The notes: a model not told the origin generated them from the letters alone. A stretch of 64,000 nucleotides of DNA from an uncultured delta proteobacterium (GCA_963778655.1 CAVZVA010000010.1:640001-704000); one strand, 5' to 3'. Counted from the first letter of the stretch, positions 1 to 11,507 are shown. Numbers and translations: made by a program.

Positions 1-13
1 GCACACGGCCCGG

Positions 14-1377
14 TTGCACGCGCTGCTGAACCGGCTCTCCACCGCCGACTTCGCCCGCCACCAGGGCCTGGCCGAGCTCTCGCTCTTCAACCAGGGCGTC
101 ACCTTCTCGGTCTATTCGGACCGGCAGGGCACCGAGAAGATCTTCCCCATCTGCCTGGTGCCGCGTGTGATCGCCGCGCGCGAGTGGGCGCTGGTGGAAC
201 GCGGCCTGGTGCAGCGCGTCGCCGCGCTCAACGCCTTCCTCGACGACATCTACGGCCGCCAGGCAATCCTGCGCGACAAGGCGGTCCCGGGGGACCTGGT
301 GCTGGCGGCCAAGACCTACGAGCCGAAGCTGCGCGGCATCGCGCCTCCGGGTGGGGTGCGCATCCTGATCGGGGGCATCGACCTGATCCGCAGTCCCGAC
401 GGCGTGTTCCGCGTGCTCGAGGACAACGTGCGCACGCCCTCGGGTGTGTCGTACGTGCTCGAGAACCGGCTGGTCACCAAGCGCCTGTTCCACGAGGCGC
501 TGGAGATGACGCGGGTGCGCCAGATCGAGCAGTACCCGGCCGAGCTCGCCCACGCCATGCGCTCGATCGCGCCCGACGGCGACGACGAGGTGAGCATGGT
601 CGTGCTGACGCCGGGCATCTACAACTCGGCTTACTTCGAGCACTCCTTTCTGGCCCGCCACATGGGCATCGACCTGGTCGAGCCCGCCGATCTGTTCGTC
701 GACGACGACACCGTGTTCGTGCGCACCACGCATGGCCCCAAGCGCGTGCACGTGATCTACCGCCGCGTCGACGACGCCTACCTCGATCCGGAGTTCTTTC
801 GCCCCGACAGCTTGCTGGGTGTGCCCGGGTTGATGCGCGCGTACGCGGCCGGCCGCGTCAGCTTGGTCAATGCGCCGGGCAACGGCTGCGCCGACGACAA
901 GGCCGTCTACCCCTTCGTACCGGACATGATCCGCTACTACCTCAAGCAAGAGCCGCTGCTGGCGCAGGTCGACACCTACGTGTGCGCGCGTCCCGCCGAC
1001 AAGAAGTACGTGCTCGAGCACCTTGCCGAGCTGGTGGTCAAGGCGGTCGACGAGGCGGGCGGCTACGGCATGCTGATGGGCCCGCAATCGACCGCCGCGC
1101 AGCGCGAGGAGTTCCGCGCGCGCATCGAGGCCGAGCCTCGCAAGTACATCGCGCAGCACCGCATCGAGCTCTCCACCTGTCCCACATGGGACCCCGAGCA
1201 CGAGCGCTTCGCCCCGCGCCGCGTCGACCTGCGGCCGTTCGTCGTCAGCAGCAAGACGGGCACCTGGGTGCTGCCCGGCGGCCTGACCCGCGTCGCGCTG
1301 GTCGAAGGCTCGTACGTGGTCAACTCCAGCCAGGGCGGCGGCTCCAAGGACACCTGGGTGGAGCGCGAGGGCAACCC

Positions 1378-1381
<4 letters not shown>
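14..1381 (+). CDS. Circularly permuted type 2 ATP-grasp protein (DUF404/DUF407 family); probably 5'-truncated by the window edge
   Basis: Motifs [37 protein letters not shown] and C-terminal [15 protein letters not shown]. The frame is open back to position 2. Confidence 0.92.
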
Positions 1382-2367
<986 letters not shown>

Positions 2368-2384
2368 CACAGGCAGGGGCGCGA

Positions 2385-2413
2385 TTGCGCCGCGGCGGCG
2401 GGTTGGCTATCGT
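2385..2413 (+). promoter_or_regulatory. Possible sigma70-type promoter
   Basis: TTGCGC-17 nt-TATCGT upstream of the acetyltransferase gene. Confidence 0.3.
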
Positions 2414-2479
2414 GAAGGACGGGCGGGCGCTCGTCTCGCCGGCAGCGGTACAGCGAGCCGCCAGCACGGGGAGCCAAGC

Positions 2480-3556
2480 ATGAGCCACGGTCCCAAGCAC
2501 AAGGACCCGCCGGGCAGCCAGCCGCCGCACGGCGGGGCGTCTCAGCCGGCGCTCGTGCTCGCGCGTCCACCCGAGGCGGAGCCGGCGGCCGGCGATCCGC
2601 GCCCGGTGCATCCGACCGAGAAGGAGATGGGCCTGGTGCCGCTGGTGCTCGACAAAGGCATCCGCACCACCGCAATCGGCGTGCTCTACGGGCTCGACTT
2701 CGAGATCGCGGCCAAGGGCTTCAGCGCGCGGGTGTTCTTCGATCACTACAACCGCCGTCTCAAGGTGCTCGACTACCAGGCCGAACAGTATCGGCCGCTG
2801 GTGGAGCGGCTCGGCTGGCTGGCGGACCAGAACGGCTTCGACAAGGTGTTCCTGAAGGCCACCCGCGACGACTGGCAGCGCTTCCTCAGCCTTGGCTTCG
2901 TGCTCGAGGGCATTCTGAAGTACTACTTCCACGGGCAGGACGCGTTCGTGATGAGCCGCTTCGGCTCGCTGCAACGCGCGCAGAGCGCACACATCATCGA
3001 GGAAAACAGCCTGATCGAGGCGGTAATGCGCAAGCCGCCCGACGCTCGGCCGGCCACGCTTCCCGCCGGCTACACGCAGCTGCTGTGCGGCGAGCAGCAC
3101 ATCCCCGCGCTGGTGCGGCTCTACCGCCAGGTGTTCAGGAGCTACCCGAGCCCGCTCACCCATCCCGACTACATTCAGCAGACCATGCGCCGCAACGTGG
3201 TGTATCGGGCTGTGCTGACGCCGGACGGGCGCGCCGCGAGCGCGGCCAGCGCCGAGATCGACGACAAGCACGCCACCGCCGAGCTGACCGACTGCGCGAC
3301 CCGGCACTCCGAGCGCGCCAAGGGCCTGATGCAGGTGCTGCTCTCCGAGCTCGAGCGCGATCTGCGCGAGCGCGGCATGGTCTCTGGATATTCGTTTGCG
3401 CGTGCTCGCTCGCGCGGTATGAACCAGGTCTTCTATCGGCTGGGCTACGAGTACAGCGGCCGGCTGGTCAACAGCTGCGACATTCAAGGACAGATGGAAG
3501 ACATGAACCTGTGGGTCAAGGCGCTCGCCCCGAGCGCGCTAGAGAACCGACCGTGA
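2480..3556 (+). CDS. Putative beta-lysine N-acetyltransferase (AblB/YodP-like, tandem GNAT)
   Basis: DHYNRRLKVLDY, AELTDCAT and C-terminal LGYEYSGRLVNSCDI..MEDMNLWVK resemble YodP/AblB. Confidence 0.8.
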   Translation: MSHGPKHKDPPGSQPPHGGASQPALVLARPPEAEPAAGDPRPVHPTEKEMGLVPLVLDKGIRTTAIGVLYGLDFEIAAKGFSARVFFDHYNRRLKVLDYQAEQYRPLVERLGWLADQNGFDKVFLKATRDDWQRFLSLGFVLEGILKYYFHGQDAFVMSRFGSLQRAQSAHIIEENSLIEAVMRKPPDARPATLPAGYTQLLCGEQHIPALVRLYRQVFRSYPSPLTHPDYIQQTMRRNVVYRAVLTPDGRAASAASAEIDDKHATAELTDCATRHSERAKGLMQVLLSELERDLRERGMVSGYSFARARSRGMNQVFYRLGYEYSGRLVNSCDIQGQMEDMNLWVKALAPSALENRP

Positions 3557-5106
3557 GCGACGCGCCCGTTTTGTTCACCAATGCGCGCTTCGTCACGCTG
3601 GACGACCACCGCCCGCGCGCCGAGTGGCTGGTGGTGCTCGACGAGCGCGTGCAGCGCATCGGCTGCGGCCCCGCGCCGGCCGACATCAAGCAGCGCGTGG
3701 ACCTCAGAGGCCGCACCGTGGTGCCCGGCTTCGTCGACGCCCATGCTCACTTCTTCCAGACCGGCCTCGACATGCTGTTCGTCGACGTCGGCGACGCCAC
3801 CACCCACGACGCGCTGATCGCCAAGCTGCGCGCCGCCCCGGGCGGGCCGCGCACCTGGTTGTTCGCCCACGGCTACGAGGAGGACAAGCTCACCGACGTC
3901 GACCGCATCACGCGCGTCGATCTCGATCCCTGCTTTCCCGAACGGCCGGTGTGGATCAACCGCGTCGACTACCACTCGGCGGTGGTCAACAGCTCGGCCT
4001 TGCGACGACTGAGCCTGCCGCAGGGCACGGCCGGGCTGCTGCTCGACGCCGCAGGCGTCCCCGACGGGCGGCTGCGCTCGGAAGCGTATCTGCTGGCCAA
4101 GGCGCACGTCGCACGCATGGTGCCGATCGAGACACGCAACCGCGCGGTCAAGACCGCAGCCACGGCCTGCATAGCCAACGGCGTGACCGCGCTGCACGCG
4201 CTCGAGGGTGGCCGCATCTTCGGCGACGAGGGCGTGGCCACCGTGCTCAAGCGCGCGCACCTGCTGCCGCTCGACATCACGCTGTTCCTGCAGGAGAAGA
4301 ACGTCCACCTGACCACCCGCTTCGGCTTCGAGCACCTGGGTGGGTGCATCCTGATCGACGGCTCGCTCGGCTCTTTCACCGCCGCGCTCGACGAGGACTA
4401 CCTGGGCCTGCCGGGCGAGCGCGGCACCGTCTACGAGAAGAAGCGCGAGTTCACCGCCTTCGTCGAGGAGGCGCACGTGGCGGGCGTGCAGCTGGCGTTC
4501 CACGCCATCGGTCCGCGTGCGATCGAGCTGGTGCTCGAAGCCTACGAGCGTGCGCTGCGGCGCGCCCCGCGCTACGACCACCGCCACCGCATCGAGCACT
4601 TCGAGCTGGCGACCGACGATCAGATCAAGCGCGCGGCCGATCTCGGGCTCGTGGCCGGCATGCAGCCGGCGTTCGAGCTGTTCTGGGGCGGCCCGCAGGG
4701 CATGTATGCCTCGCGCATCGGCGAGCGCTGGCGGCGTACCAACCGCCTGCGAACGATTCTCGACGCCGGGATCGTGATCGCGGGCGGCTCGGACACCAAC
4801 GTCACGCCCGCGCAGCCCCTGCTCGGCATCCACGCCGCGGTCAATCACCCCAACGAGGAGCAGCGCGTGAGCGTCGAGGAAGCGCTGCGCATGATGACCC
4901 TAAATGCAGCCTACGGCGGCTTCAACGAGCGCCGCCACGGCTCGCTCTCGCCCGGCAAGGACGCGAGCTTCGTGGTGCTGGACCGCGACCTGATGAGCGT
5001 GCCGTCCGAGCGCATCCGCGACGTGCGCGTGCTCGAGACCTGGTACCGCGGCCGCTGCTCCTACCGCGACGGCGCCGCGCACCTCGTGGACGACGATGCT
5101 CTCTAA
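3553..5106 (+). CDS. Amidohydrolase 3 family (YtcJ-like) metal-dependent hydrolase
   Basis: PGFVDAHAH, FHAIG, HRIEH, GSD and GKDASFVVLD motifs. GTG start overlaps the upstream stop. Confidence 0.88.
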   Translation: MSDAPVLFTNARFVTLDDHRPRAEWLVVLDERVQRIGCGPAPADIKQRVDLRGRTVVPGFVDAHAHFFQTGLDMLFVDVGDATTHDALIAKLRAAPGGPRTWLFAHGYEEDKLTDVDRITRVDLDPCFPERPVWINRVDYHSAVVNSSALRRLSLPQGTAGLLLDAAGVPDGRLRSEAYLLAKAHVARMVPIETRNRAVKTAATACIANGVTALHALEGGRIFGDEGVATVLKRAHLLPLDITLFLQEKNVHLTTRFGFEHLGGCILIDGSLGSFTAALDEDYLGLPGERGTVYEKKREFTAFVEEAHVAGVQLAFHAIGPRAIELVLEAYERALRRAPRYDHRHRIEHFELATDDQIKRAADLGLVAGMQPAFELFWGGPQGMYASRIGERWRRTNRLRTILDAGIVIAGGSDTNVTPAQPLLGIHAAVNHPNEEQRVSVEEALRMMTLNAAYGGFNERRHGSLSPGKDASFVVLDRDLMSVPSERIRDVRVLETWYRGRCSYRDGAAHLVDDDAL

Positions 5107-5146
5107 TCAGAGCTCGCGATTCGAGCTCGAATCACGAGCTCTGATT
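5105..5146. terminator. 42-bp near-perfect palindrome between convergent genes; possible bidirectional terminator
   Basis: aatcagagctcgcgattcgag|ctcgaatcacgagctctgatt: 20 of 21 pairs match, no loop. Confidence 0.5.
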
Positions 5147-5209
5147 TAGCCTAGCTATACACTCGGGACTTCCCGCCTTCCCGTGTCTCTTCGTCGAGCG
5201 CGCCACCCG

Positions 5210-6079
5210 CTACAGCGACGCTTGCTCGCTGCGCTTGCGCATCACGCCTTCTTGCGCGATCGAGGCCACGCGGCGGCCGTCGCGGCTGTAGACGGCGCCC
5301 TGGTTGAAACCGCGGCCGCCTGCGACCGAGACGCTCTCGAACACGAACAGCAGCCACTCGTCAAAGCGGAATGGCCGGTGAAACCACAGCGCGTGGTCGA
5401 GGCTAGCCACCTGCATCGAGCTGTCGCCGAAAGCCGCGCCGAGCGCGCGCATGCTGGGCTCGAGCGCGCCCATGTCCGAGGCGTACGCCAGGGCGCAGCG
5501 GTGGAGGTTGGGGTCGTCCAGCAGACGCCCGCGGACCCGCATCCAGCGGCGTATCGGGGCGGTGCTGGGCGCCTCGCCCATCGCGCGCTCGTCGACGTGG
5601 ATCATCTCGATCGGCCGCTTCTGCCGCACCAGCTCGTGCAGCTCGGGCGGCGCCTGCTCGAGCGCGCGCGCCAGGCGCTCCTCCTCGCCCGGAAAGCTCT
5701 CGGGCAACGGCGTCTCGGGCATCGCGGCTTGGTGCTCGCGGCCCGGATCGTCGTGCGCGAACGAGCCCACCAGCTCGAGAATCACCTCGTCGCGCTGCAG
5801 CGCCACCACCTTGCGCGTGGTGAAGCTCTGCCCGTCGCGCATCGCCAACACCTCGTACTCGATCGGGCGGCCCGGCTTGCCCGGCCGCAAGAAGTACGCG
5901 TGCAGCGAATGACAGGGCAGGCCTTCGACGCTGAAGCAAGCCGCCGCCAGCGCCTGGGCCAGCACGTGGCCGCCGAACACACGCGCCCGCATGTCCTGCG
6001 CCGGCGGTCCCACGAACACGCCCTGGGCGACAGACTGGAGATCCAACAGCTCGAGCAGCTCGCTCGCCGGCGCATCCAT
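5210..6079 (-). CDS. tesB: Acyl-CoA thioesterase II
   Basis: RVFGGHVLAQAL, SLHAYFLRPG, AYASD, ASLDHALWFHRP and AQEG motifs. Confidence 0.92.
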   Translation of the reverse strand: MDAPASELLELLDLQSVAQGVFVGPPAQDMRARVFGGHVLAQALAAACFSVEGLPCHSLHAYFLRPGKPGRPIEYEVLAMRDGQSFTTRKVVALQRDEVILELVGSFAHDDPGREHQAAMPETPLPESFPGEEERLARALEQAPPELHELVRQKRPIEMIHVDERAMGEAPSTAPIRRWMRVRGRLLDDPNLHRCALAYASDMGALEPSMRALGAAFGDSSMQVASLDHALWFHRPFRFDEWLLFVFESVSVAGGRGFNQGAVYSRDGRRVASIAQEGVMRKRSEQASL

Positions 6080-6195
6080 GCTCCCGGCTTGTACCACGTG
6101 CGGTAGCCCTGCGGCGCACACGCGCCCGCGGTGCGGGTGCAGCGTGGACAAACAACTACATCAAAAGTTCACGCCGCAAATGCAATAATGGAAGG

Positions 6196-9100
6196 GTGGC
6201 GGAGCAAGATCGCGCCGGGGACGCGGCCCGTCCGATCGCGGGACGGTTCTGGGTCGAGGACGTCCTCGGCCGCGGGGGCATGGGCCGCGTGTACAGCGTG
6301 CGCGACGCGCGCAGCGGCCGCCGGGTCGCGCTCAAGCGCGGCTACGCCCGCGACCGGCTCAAGGCGCAGAAACGCCAGGCCCTGCTCGAGCGCGAGTACC
6401 ACACCCTGGCCCAGCTGGCGCACCCGCGGATCATCGAGGTCTACGACTACGGCATCGACGAGCAGGGCCCCTACTACACGATGGAGCTGCTCGATGGCGC
6501 CGACCTCGACCAGCGCGGCAAGCTGGCCTGGCAGCAGGCCTGCGGGCTGCTGCGCGACGTGGCCTCGTCGCTGGCGATCCTGCACTCGCGCGGCCTGCTG
6601 CACCGCGACGTCTCGACGCGCAACGTGCGCTGCACGGCGGACGGCCGCGCCAAGCTGATCGACTTCGGCGCCATGACCTGCATGGGCGTGGCCAAGGAGG
6701 TGGCCGGCACCCCCCCCTTCGTCGCGCCCGAAGCGCTGCAGATGCAAGCGCTCGACGCGCGCGCCGACCTGTTCTCGCTGGGGGCGCTGGCTTATCACCT
6801 GCTGTGCGGGCGCCACGCCTATCCAGCCCGGCGCCTTGCCGATCTGCGCGACGTGTGGCGCTCGCCACCACCTGCGCCCGCGCGGCTGTGCCCCGAGCTG
6901 CCCGCCGCGCTCAGCGACCTGGTGATGCAGCTGCTGGCGCTCGATCGCGGCGCGCGCCCGCAGAGCGCGGCCGAGGTGATGGAGCGCGTGTGCGCGATCG
7001 CCGGGCTCGCGCTGGAGGAGCGCGGCGAGGTTTCGCGCGCCTACCTCTCCACCCCGATGCTGGTGGGCCGCGAGCAGGCCCTGTTGGTCATGCGCAAGCG
7101 CATGTTGTCGCTGGTGCGCGGCGACGGCGGCACGCTGTTGTGCGAGGGCGTGGCCGGCTCGGGCCGCTCGCGCCTGTTGGACGCGTGCGTGCTCGAGGGC
7201 AAGCTGCTCGGTGCCACCGTGCTGCGCGCGGACGCCAGCGACGGTGCGGCCGGCGACTGGGGCGTGGCGCGCGCGCTGGGCGCCCAGCTGCTGGAGCTGA
7301 TGCCCGAGCAGGCGATCGAGGCCGCGCGCCTGTCGCGCCACGTGTTGGCGCACGTGCTCGAGGGGCTGCGCGGCGGCGACGCGGGTCGCAGCTCGATGGC
7401 CGCGCCCGAGCGCGGCCTGGTGCTGCGCGAGCTCCGCGATTTCGTGCTCGCGCTGTGCCAGGGCCAGCGGCTGCTGCTGGTCGTGGACGACGCTGAACGC
7501 ATCGACGAGCCGTCGCTGGCGCTGCTCGCCGCGCTCGCGCACAAGGCCGAGCGGCACGGTCTGCTGCTGGCGCTGGCCATCAACCGCGAAGGCGCTGTGG
7601 AGCGGGCGACCTCGGTCGCCCTGCTGCGCTCGCTGGGCGACTCGATCGTGCTCGAGCAGCTCGAGCCCGAGCAGAGCCAAGCCCTGGTGCGCTCGGTGTT
7701 CGGCGAGGTGGCCAATCTGCAGCTGGTGGCCGGGCGCATTCATGCGCTCTCGCATGGCAATCCTCGCGACACCATGGAGCTGGCCCAGCACCTGGTCGAC
7801 CGCGGCCTGGCACGCTACGAGGCCGGCAGCTGGTCGCTGCCGCGCGCGCTCGACGAGGGCGAGCTGCCGAGCTCACTTTCGGCCTCGCTGGCACAAAGGC
7901 TGAGCGCGCTTTCTCCCGACGCGCGCGAGCTGTGCGAGCTGCTGGCGCTAGGCGACGGCGACGCGCTGGAGCTCGGCGACTACCCCGCGCTGACCCAGCA
8001 CGCCGACGGCGCACGCGTGTTTCACGCGCTCGACGAGCTGGTCGCCGCGCGCGTGCTGGTCGCGGACGCCGAACGCTATCGCTTCCGCCAGCGCGGCTTC
8101 GTCCCGGTGCTTCAGGACGGCCTGTCGCCGCAGCGGCGGCGCGCGCTGCACGATCGGCTGGCGTGCTTGCTGGGCAAGCGGGCCGGTAGCCCGGTGCGGC
8201 TCGCCTACCACCTGCTGCACGCCGGTCGCGAGCGCGAAGGCGTGGAGCTTCTGGCCGCCTGCGAGCTGCACACGCGAGCGCCGGAAGTGGCGCTTGCGGA
8301 GCTCGCGTTGGAGGCCGCCGAGCGGCTGCAGATGCCGGCGCGCGTCTGCTATCAGCTGCGCCAGGCAGTGGTGTTCAGGGCACCGCTGGTGATGGCGGTC
8401 GCAAGCTTCCAGCGCCAGGTGCCGGAAGTGCTCGCGCGGCTCGAGCACGACAGCGGGCTCGCGTTCTGGCGCGAGCTTGCGCAGCTCTCGCCGGGCGAGC
8501 GCCTGGGACAGGCGCTGACGCGCGCACAGGAGCGTTACGAAGCCACGCCCGAGCGCGAGCGCGTGTATTCGCCGATGGACGCGATCCGCGAGCTGGCGCG
8601 CTTCTGCGCCAGCTCCTGTGCGCTCGGCATGCAGCTGTTCGACCTCGCGTTTCTCGAGTCGCTTCCCTCGCTCGAGCCGCTGCGCGCGCTGAGCCCGGCG
8701 CTGGCCGCAGTCGCGCAGCTGGTGCAGGCCTGCAAGGACACGCTGGGCGGGCGCACGCTGCTGGCCCAGACGGCTCACGAGCAGGTGCTGCGGCGCCTGG
8801 CCGAGCCTGATCGCGGCGGGTTCGACCAGACCTACCACCGCGGCATCCACCTTGCGATCCACTACCTGATCGGCTTGCTCAAGGCGTCGATGGGCATCGC
8901 GGGCGCCGAGGAGCACGCCCAGCTGCTCGAGGCCGATCGCGAGCACCGCGTCAATGCCTGGCGCGTGCGCGTGTCGCTGCACCTCAACCAAGGCAACGCC
9001 GAGGAAGCGCGCAAGGCACAGCGGCGCGCGGAGCTGTTGCAGTTGCAGGAGGGCGCGGCACAGCGCTACATCGGAACCAGCGTCGGCTTCGAGCTGGTGG

Positions 9101-10248
9101 CCCACGCGGTCGCCTCCGACCTGCTTGGCGTCAAGAGCGCGCTCGACGGGGTGGCGGAGCTGGCACAGCACTATCCGGGCTGGCGCCCGACCTGGCTGCT
9201 CGGCCAGGCCTACTACCGGAGGCTGCAAGGCGATCTCGAAGGCGCGCTCGAGCCGCTGTTGCAAGGGTTGCAGCTGGCGCCGGCCGGCCGCCATCCCCAT
9301 TTCTGTTACCTCGCCGCCGCGCACGTCGAAGTGCTAAGCGAGCTCGGGCGCCACGAGCAGGCGATCGCGATCGGGGGCGCCTACCTCGAGCTCTGCCGCA
9401 GCGAGCGCCTGGCGGCCAGCGACCGCTGGGTTCAGCAAGCCGCGGCGCGGGCGCTGGCACGCGGCGGCGAGCACGCGGCCGCGCTGGTGCTGATGGACGA
9501 GGCCATCGCCAGCAGCGAGGCCCTGGGCATCGGCGGGCTGTCGCTCGGCTCGCTGTACGAGACCCGCGCGCGGATCGCGATCTGGACCGGCGACCGCGAG
9601 AGCTTCGAGCGCTGCGCCGAGCGCTGCGCGGCCGAGTACAAGAAGGGCCGCAACCCCGCGTTGAGCGCCAAGTTCGCGCGCCTGATGGACGAGGCGCGCG
9701 CGCGCGACGTCGAGCCTGTGGGACCAGTGCCCGAGGCCAGCGCCCTGCTGGCGATGTCGCAGACCGAGTCCGGCTTCGAGACCGTCCAGAGCCGCATGCT
9801 CGAATGCCTGGATCCCGACGATCGCGCGCGCTGCGCGCTCACCATCCTGCTGCAGAGCATGGACAGCCACGCCGGACACCTTTACGGGGTGCACGCTGGC
9901 GGCCAGCTCAAGGCGCTCGCCTCGCTGCCCGAAAGCGATGCGGATCCGCAGCTCGGACGCTGGCTCGAGGCCTCGCTCTGGCTCGAGCTCGAATCGCAGG
10001 TGAGCGCGACCGCGGACGGCGAGGACGACGGGCGTGGCGCGGGCGTGCCCACGCGCTACACCGACGGCGAGGGCCGCAGCTTCGAGCCGATCTTTCTCAG
10101 CACGCGCGACCGCGAGGGTGAGCGCATCGCCGCCGTGCTCGCGCTGCAGGTCGCCTCTGGCCTGCGCGGTCCGCGCCCCAAGCAGCTGATCGCCGAAATC
10201 GCGGCGCAGCTGCTGGAGCACGGCGATGTCGCCGGCGTCGTGCTCTGA
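6196..10248 (+). CDS. Hanks-type Ser/Thr kinase fused to an AAA/STAND-like P-loop domain and TPR-like helical region
   Basis: LGRGGMGRVY, VALK, HRDVSTRN, DFG and GTPPFVAPE; then LVGRE, GVAGSGRS, LLVVDD and HGNP. Confidence 0.88.
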   Translation: MAEQDRAGDAARPIAGRFWVEDVLGRGGMGRVYSVRDARSGRRVALKRGYARDRLKAQKRQALLEREYHTLAQLAHPRIIEVYDYGIDEQGPYYTMELLDGADLDQRGKLAWQQACGLLRDVASSLAILHSRGLLHRDVSTRNVRCTADGRAKLIDFGAMTCMGVAKEVAGTPPFVAPEALQMQALDARADLFSLGALAYHLLCGRHAYPARRLADLRDVWRSPPPAPARLCPELPAALSDLVMQLLALDRGARPQSAAEVMERVCAIAGLALEERGEVSRAYLSTPMLVGREQALLVMRKRMLSLVRGDGGTLLCEGVAGSGRSRLLDACVLEGKLLGATVLRADASDGAAGDWGVARALGAQLLELMPEQAIEAARLSRHVLAHVLEGLRGGDAGRSSMAAPERGLVLRELRDFVLALCQGQRLLLVVDDAERIDEPSLALLAALAHKAERHGLLLALAINREGAVERATSVALLRSLGDSIVLEQLEPEQSQALVRSVFGEVANLQLVAGRIHALSHGNPRDTMELAQHLVDRGLARYEAGSWSLPRALDEGELPSSLSASLAQRLSALSPDARELCELLALGDGDALELGDYPALTQHADGARVFHALDELVAARVLVADAERYRFRQRGFVPVLQDGLSPQRRRALHDRLACLLGKRAGSPVRLAYHLLHAGREREGVELLAACELHTRAPEVALAELALEAAERLQMPARVCYQLRQAVVFRAPLVMAVASFQRQVPEVLARLEHDSGLAFWRELAQLSPGERLGQALTRAQERYEATPERERVYSPMDAIRELARFCASSCALGMQLFDLAFLESLPSLEPLRALSPALAAVAQLVQACKDTLGGRTLLAQTAHEQVLRRLAEPDRGGFDQTYHRGIHLAIHYLIGLLKASMGIAGAEEHAQLLEADREHRVNAWRVRVSLHLNQGNAEEARKAQRRAELLQLQEGAAQRYIGTSVGFELVAHAVASDLLGVKSALDGVAELAQHYPGWRPTWLLGQAYYRRLQGDLEGALEPLLQGLQLAPAGRHPHFCYLAAAHVEVLSELGRHEQAIAIGGAYLELCRSERLAASDRWVQQAAARALARGGEHAAALVLMDEAIASSEALGIGGLSLGSLYETRARIAIWTGDRESFERCAERCAAEYKKGRNPALSAKFARLMDEARARDVEPVGPVPEASALLAMSQTESGFETVQSRMLECLDPDDRARCALTILLQSMDSHAGHLYGVHAGGQLKALASLPESDADPQLGRWLEASLWLELESQVSATADGEDDGRGAGVPTRYTDGEGRSFEPIFLSTRDREGERIAAVLALQVASGLRGPRPKQLIAEIAAQLLEHGDVAGVVL

Positions 10249-10284
10249 GATCGCGCGGCGGGTTTCCGCGAACGCTGGCCGCGC

Positions 10285-11373
10285 TCAGTTGGCCTGACGG
10301 AAGCGCTGCATGAGCTCGGCCAGTTTCTGCGCGGCCTCGACCGGGACCGCGTTGTAGATCGAGGCGCGGATGCCGCCGACCAGACGATGGCCCTTGAGCC
10401 CGACCAGCCCGGCCTTGGCCGCCTCGGCCACGAACTTGGCGTCGAGCTCCTCGTTGGGCAAGCGGAACACCACGTTCATGACCGAGCGCGAGGCCTTCTC
10501 GGCCGGGCCGGTGTAGTAGCCGTCCGAGCCGTCGATCGCCGCGTACAGGATCTCCGCCTTCTTGCGGTTGCGCTTCTCCATCTCCACGACGCCGCCTTGC
10601 TCCTTCACCCAGCTCAGCACGTTGCGGATCATGTACACGGTGAAGGTGGTGATGGTGTTCTGCAGGCTGTTGTTCTTGGCGATTTCCGCGTAGCGGAAGA
10701 TGTTGGGCAGATCGGTGCGCCCCTTCTCGATCAGATCTTTGCGAATGATGACCGCGGTGATGCCGGCCGGGCCCATGTTCTTCTGGGCGCCGGCGTAGAT
10801 CAGGCCGAGCTTGGACACGTCGGTCGGGCGCGACAAGATGTCGCTCGACATGTCGACCACCAGCGGCACGCTGCCGGTATTGGGGTACTCGACGAATTGC
10901 GTACCCATGATGGTGTTGTTGCTGGTGATGTGCACGTAGGGGGCGTCAGCGCTCAGCTTGAGCTCGCTCTGCTTGGGCACGCGCGTCCAGCGGCCGTCCT
11001 TGCTCTCGTCCCAGGCCACGTGGGGCTTGCCCACGATCTTCGCCTCGGCGTAGGCCTTCTTGCCCCAGCTGTCGGTGATCACGTAGTCGCCGGCGTGGCT
11101 GTCGGTACGCAGGTTCATCGGCACCAGCGCGAACTGCGCGGTGGCGCCGCCCTGCATGAACAGCACCTGATGGCTGTCGGGAATAGCCAGCAGCTCGGTC
11201 AGCAACGAGATCGCCTCGTTGTGCACCTTCTCGTAAGCCTTGCCGCGGTGGCTGTGCTCGAGGATCGACATGCCGGTGCCTTCGAAATCGAGCAGCTCCT
11301 TCTGCGCGCGCTCGAGCACAGGCAAGGGCAGCGCGGAGGGACCGGCGTTGAAATTCATGTGCCTGGTGACCAT
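10285..11373 (-). CDS. serC: Phosphoserine aminotransferase
   Basis: NFNAGPS, EHSHR, QGGA, DMSS, YAGAQKNMGPAG and GHRLVGGIRASIYNA. Confidence 0.96.
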   Translation of the reverse strand: MVTRHMNFNAGPSALPLPVLERAQKELLDFEGTGMSILEHSHRGKAYEKVHNEAISLLTELLAIPDSHQVLFMQGGATAQFALVPMNLRTDSHAGDYVITDSWGKKAYAEAKIVGKPHVAWDESKDGRWTRVPKQSELKLSADAPYVHITSNNTIMGTQFVEYPNTGSVPLVVDMSSDILSRPTDVSKLGLIYAGAQKNMGPAGITAVIIRKDLIEKGRTDLPNIFRYAEIAKNNSLQNTITTFTVYMIRNVLSWVKEQGGVVEMEKRNRKKAEILYAAIDGSDGYYTGPAEKASRSVMNVVFRLPNEELDAKFVAEAAKAGLVGLKGHRLVGGIRASIYNAVPVEAAQKLAELMQRFRQAN

Positions 11374-11507
11374 GGGCGCGCAGCGTAGCGATCTTCGGGC
11401 GAGGAGCAAGTCCAAGCGCGCGGACGTCACCGCTGCGGCTTTGCTCCAAGGCTGAAACCACCCGGCCGGTCGGGACTTTTCGCCCCACAAGCGGCTGCGG
11501 CCGCGCT

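Noticed and set aside
184..1377. N-terminal extensions in the ORF track (727-aa alpha-E, 673-aa amidohydrolase, 712-aa P450, 755-aa binding protein)
   Set aside because: The extensions overlap neighbouring real genes; true starts were placed at coupled or motif-consistent codons.
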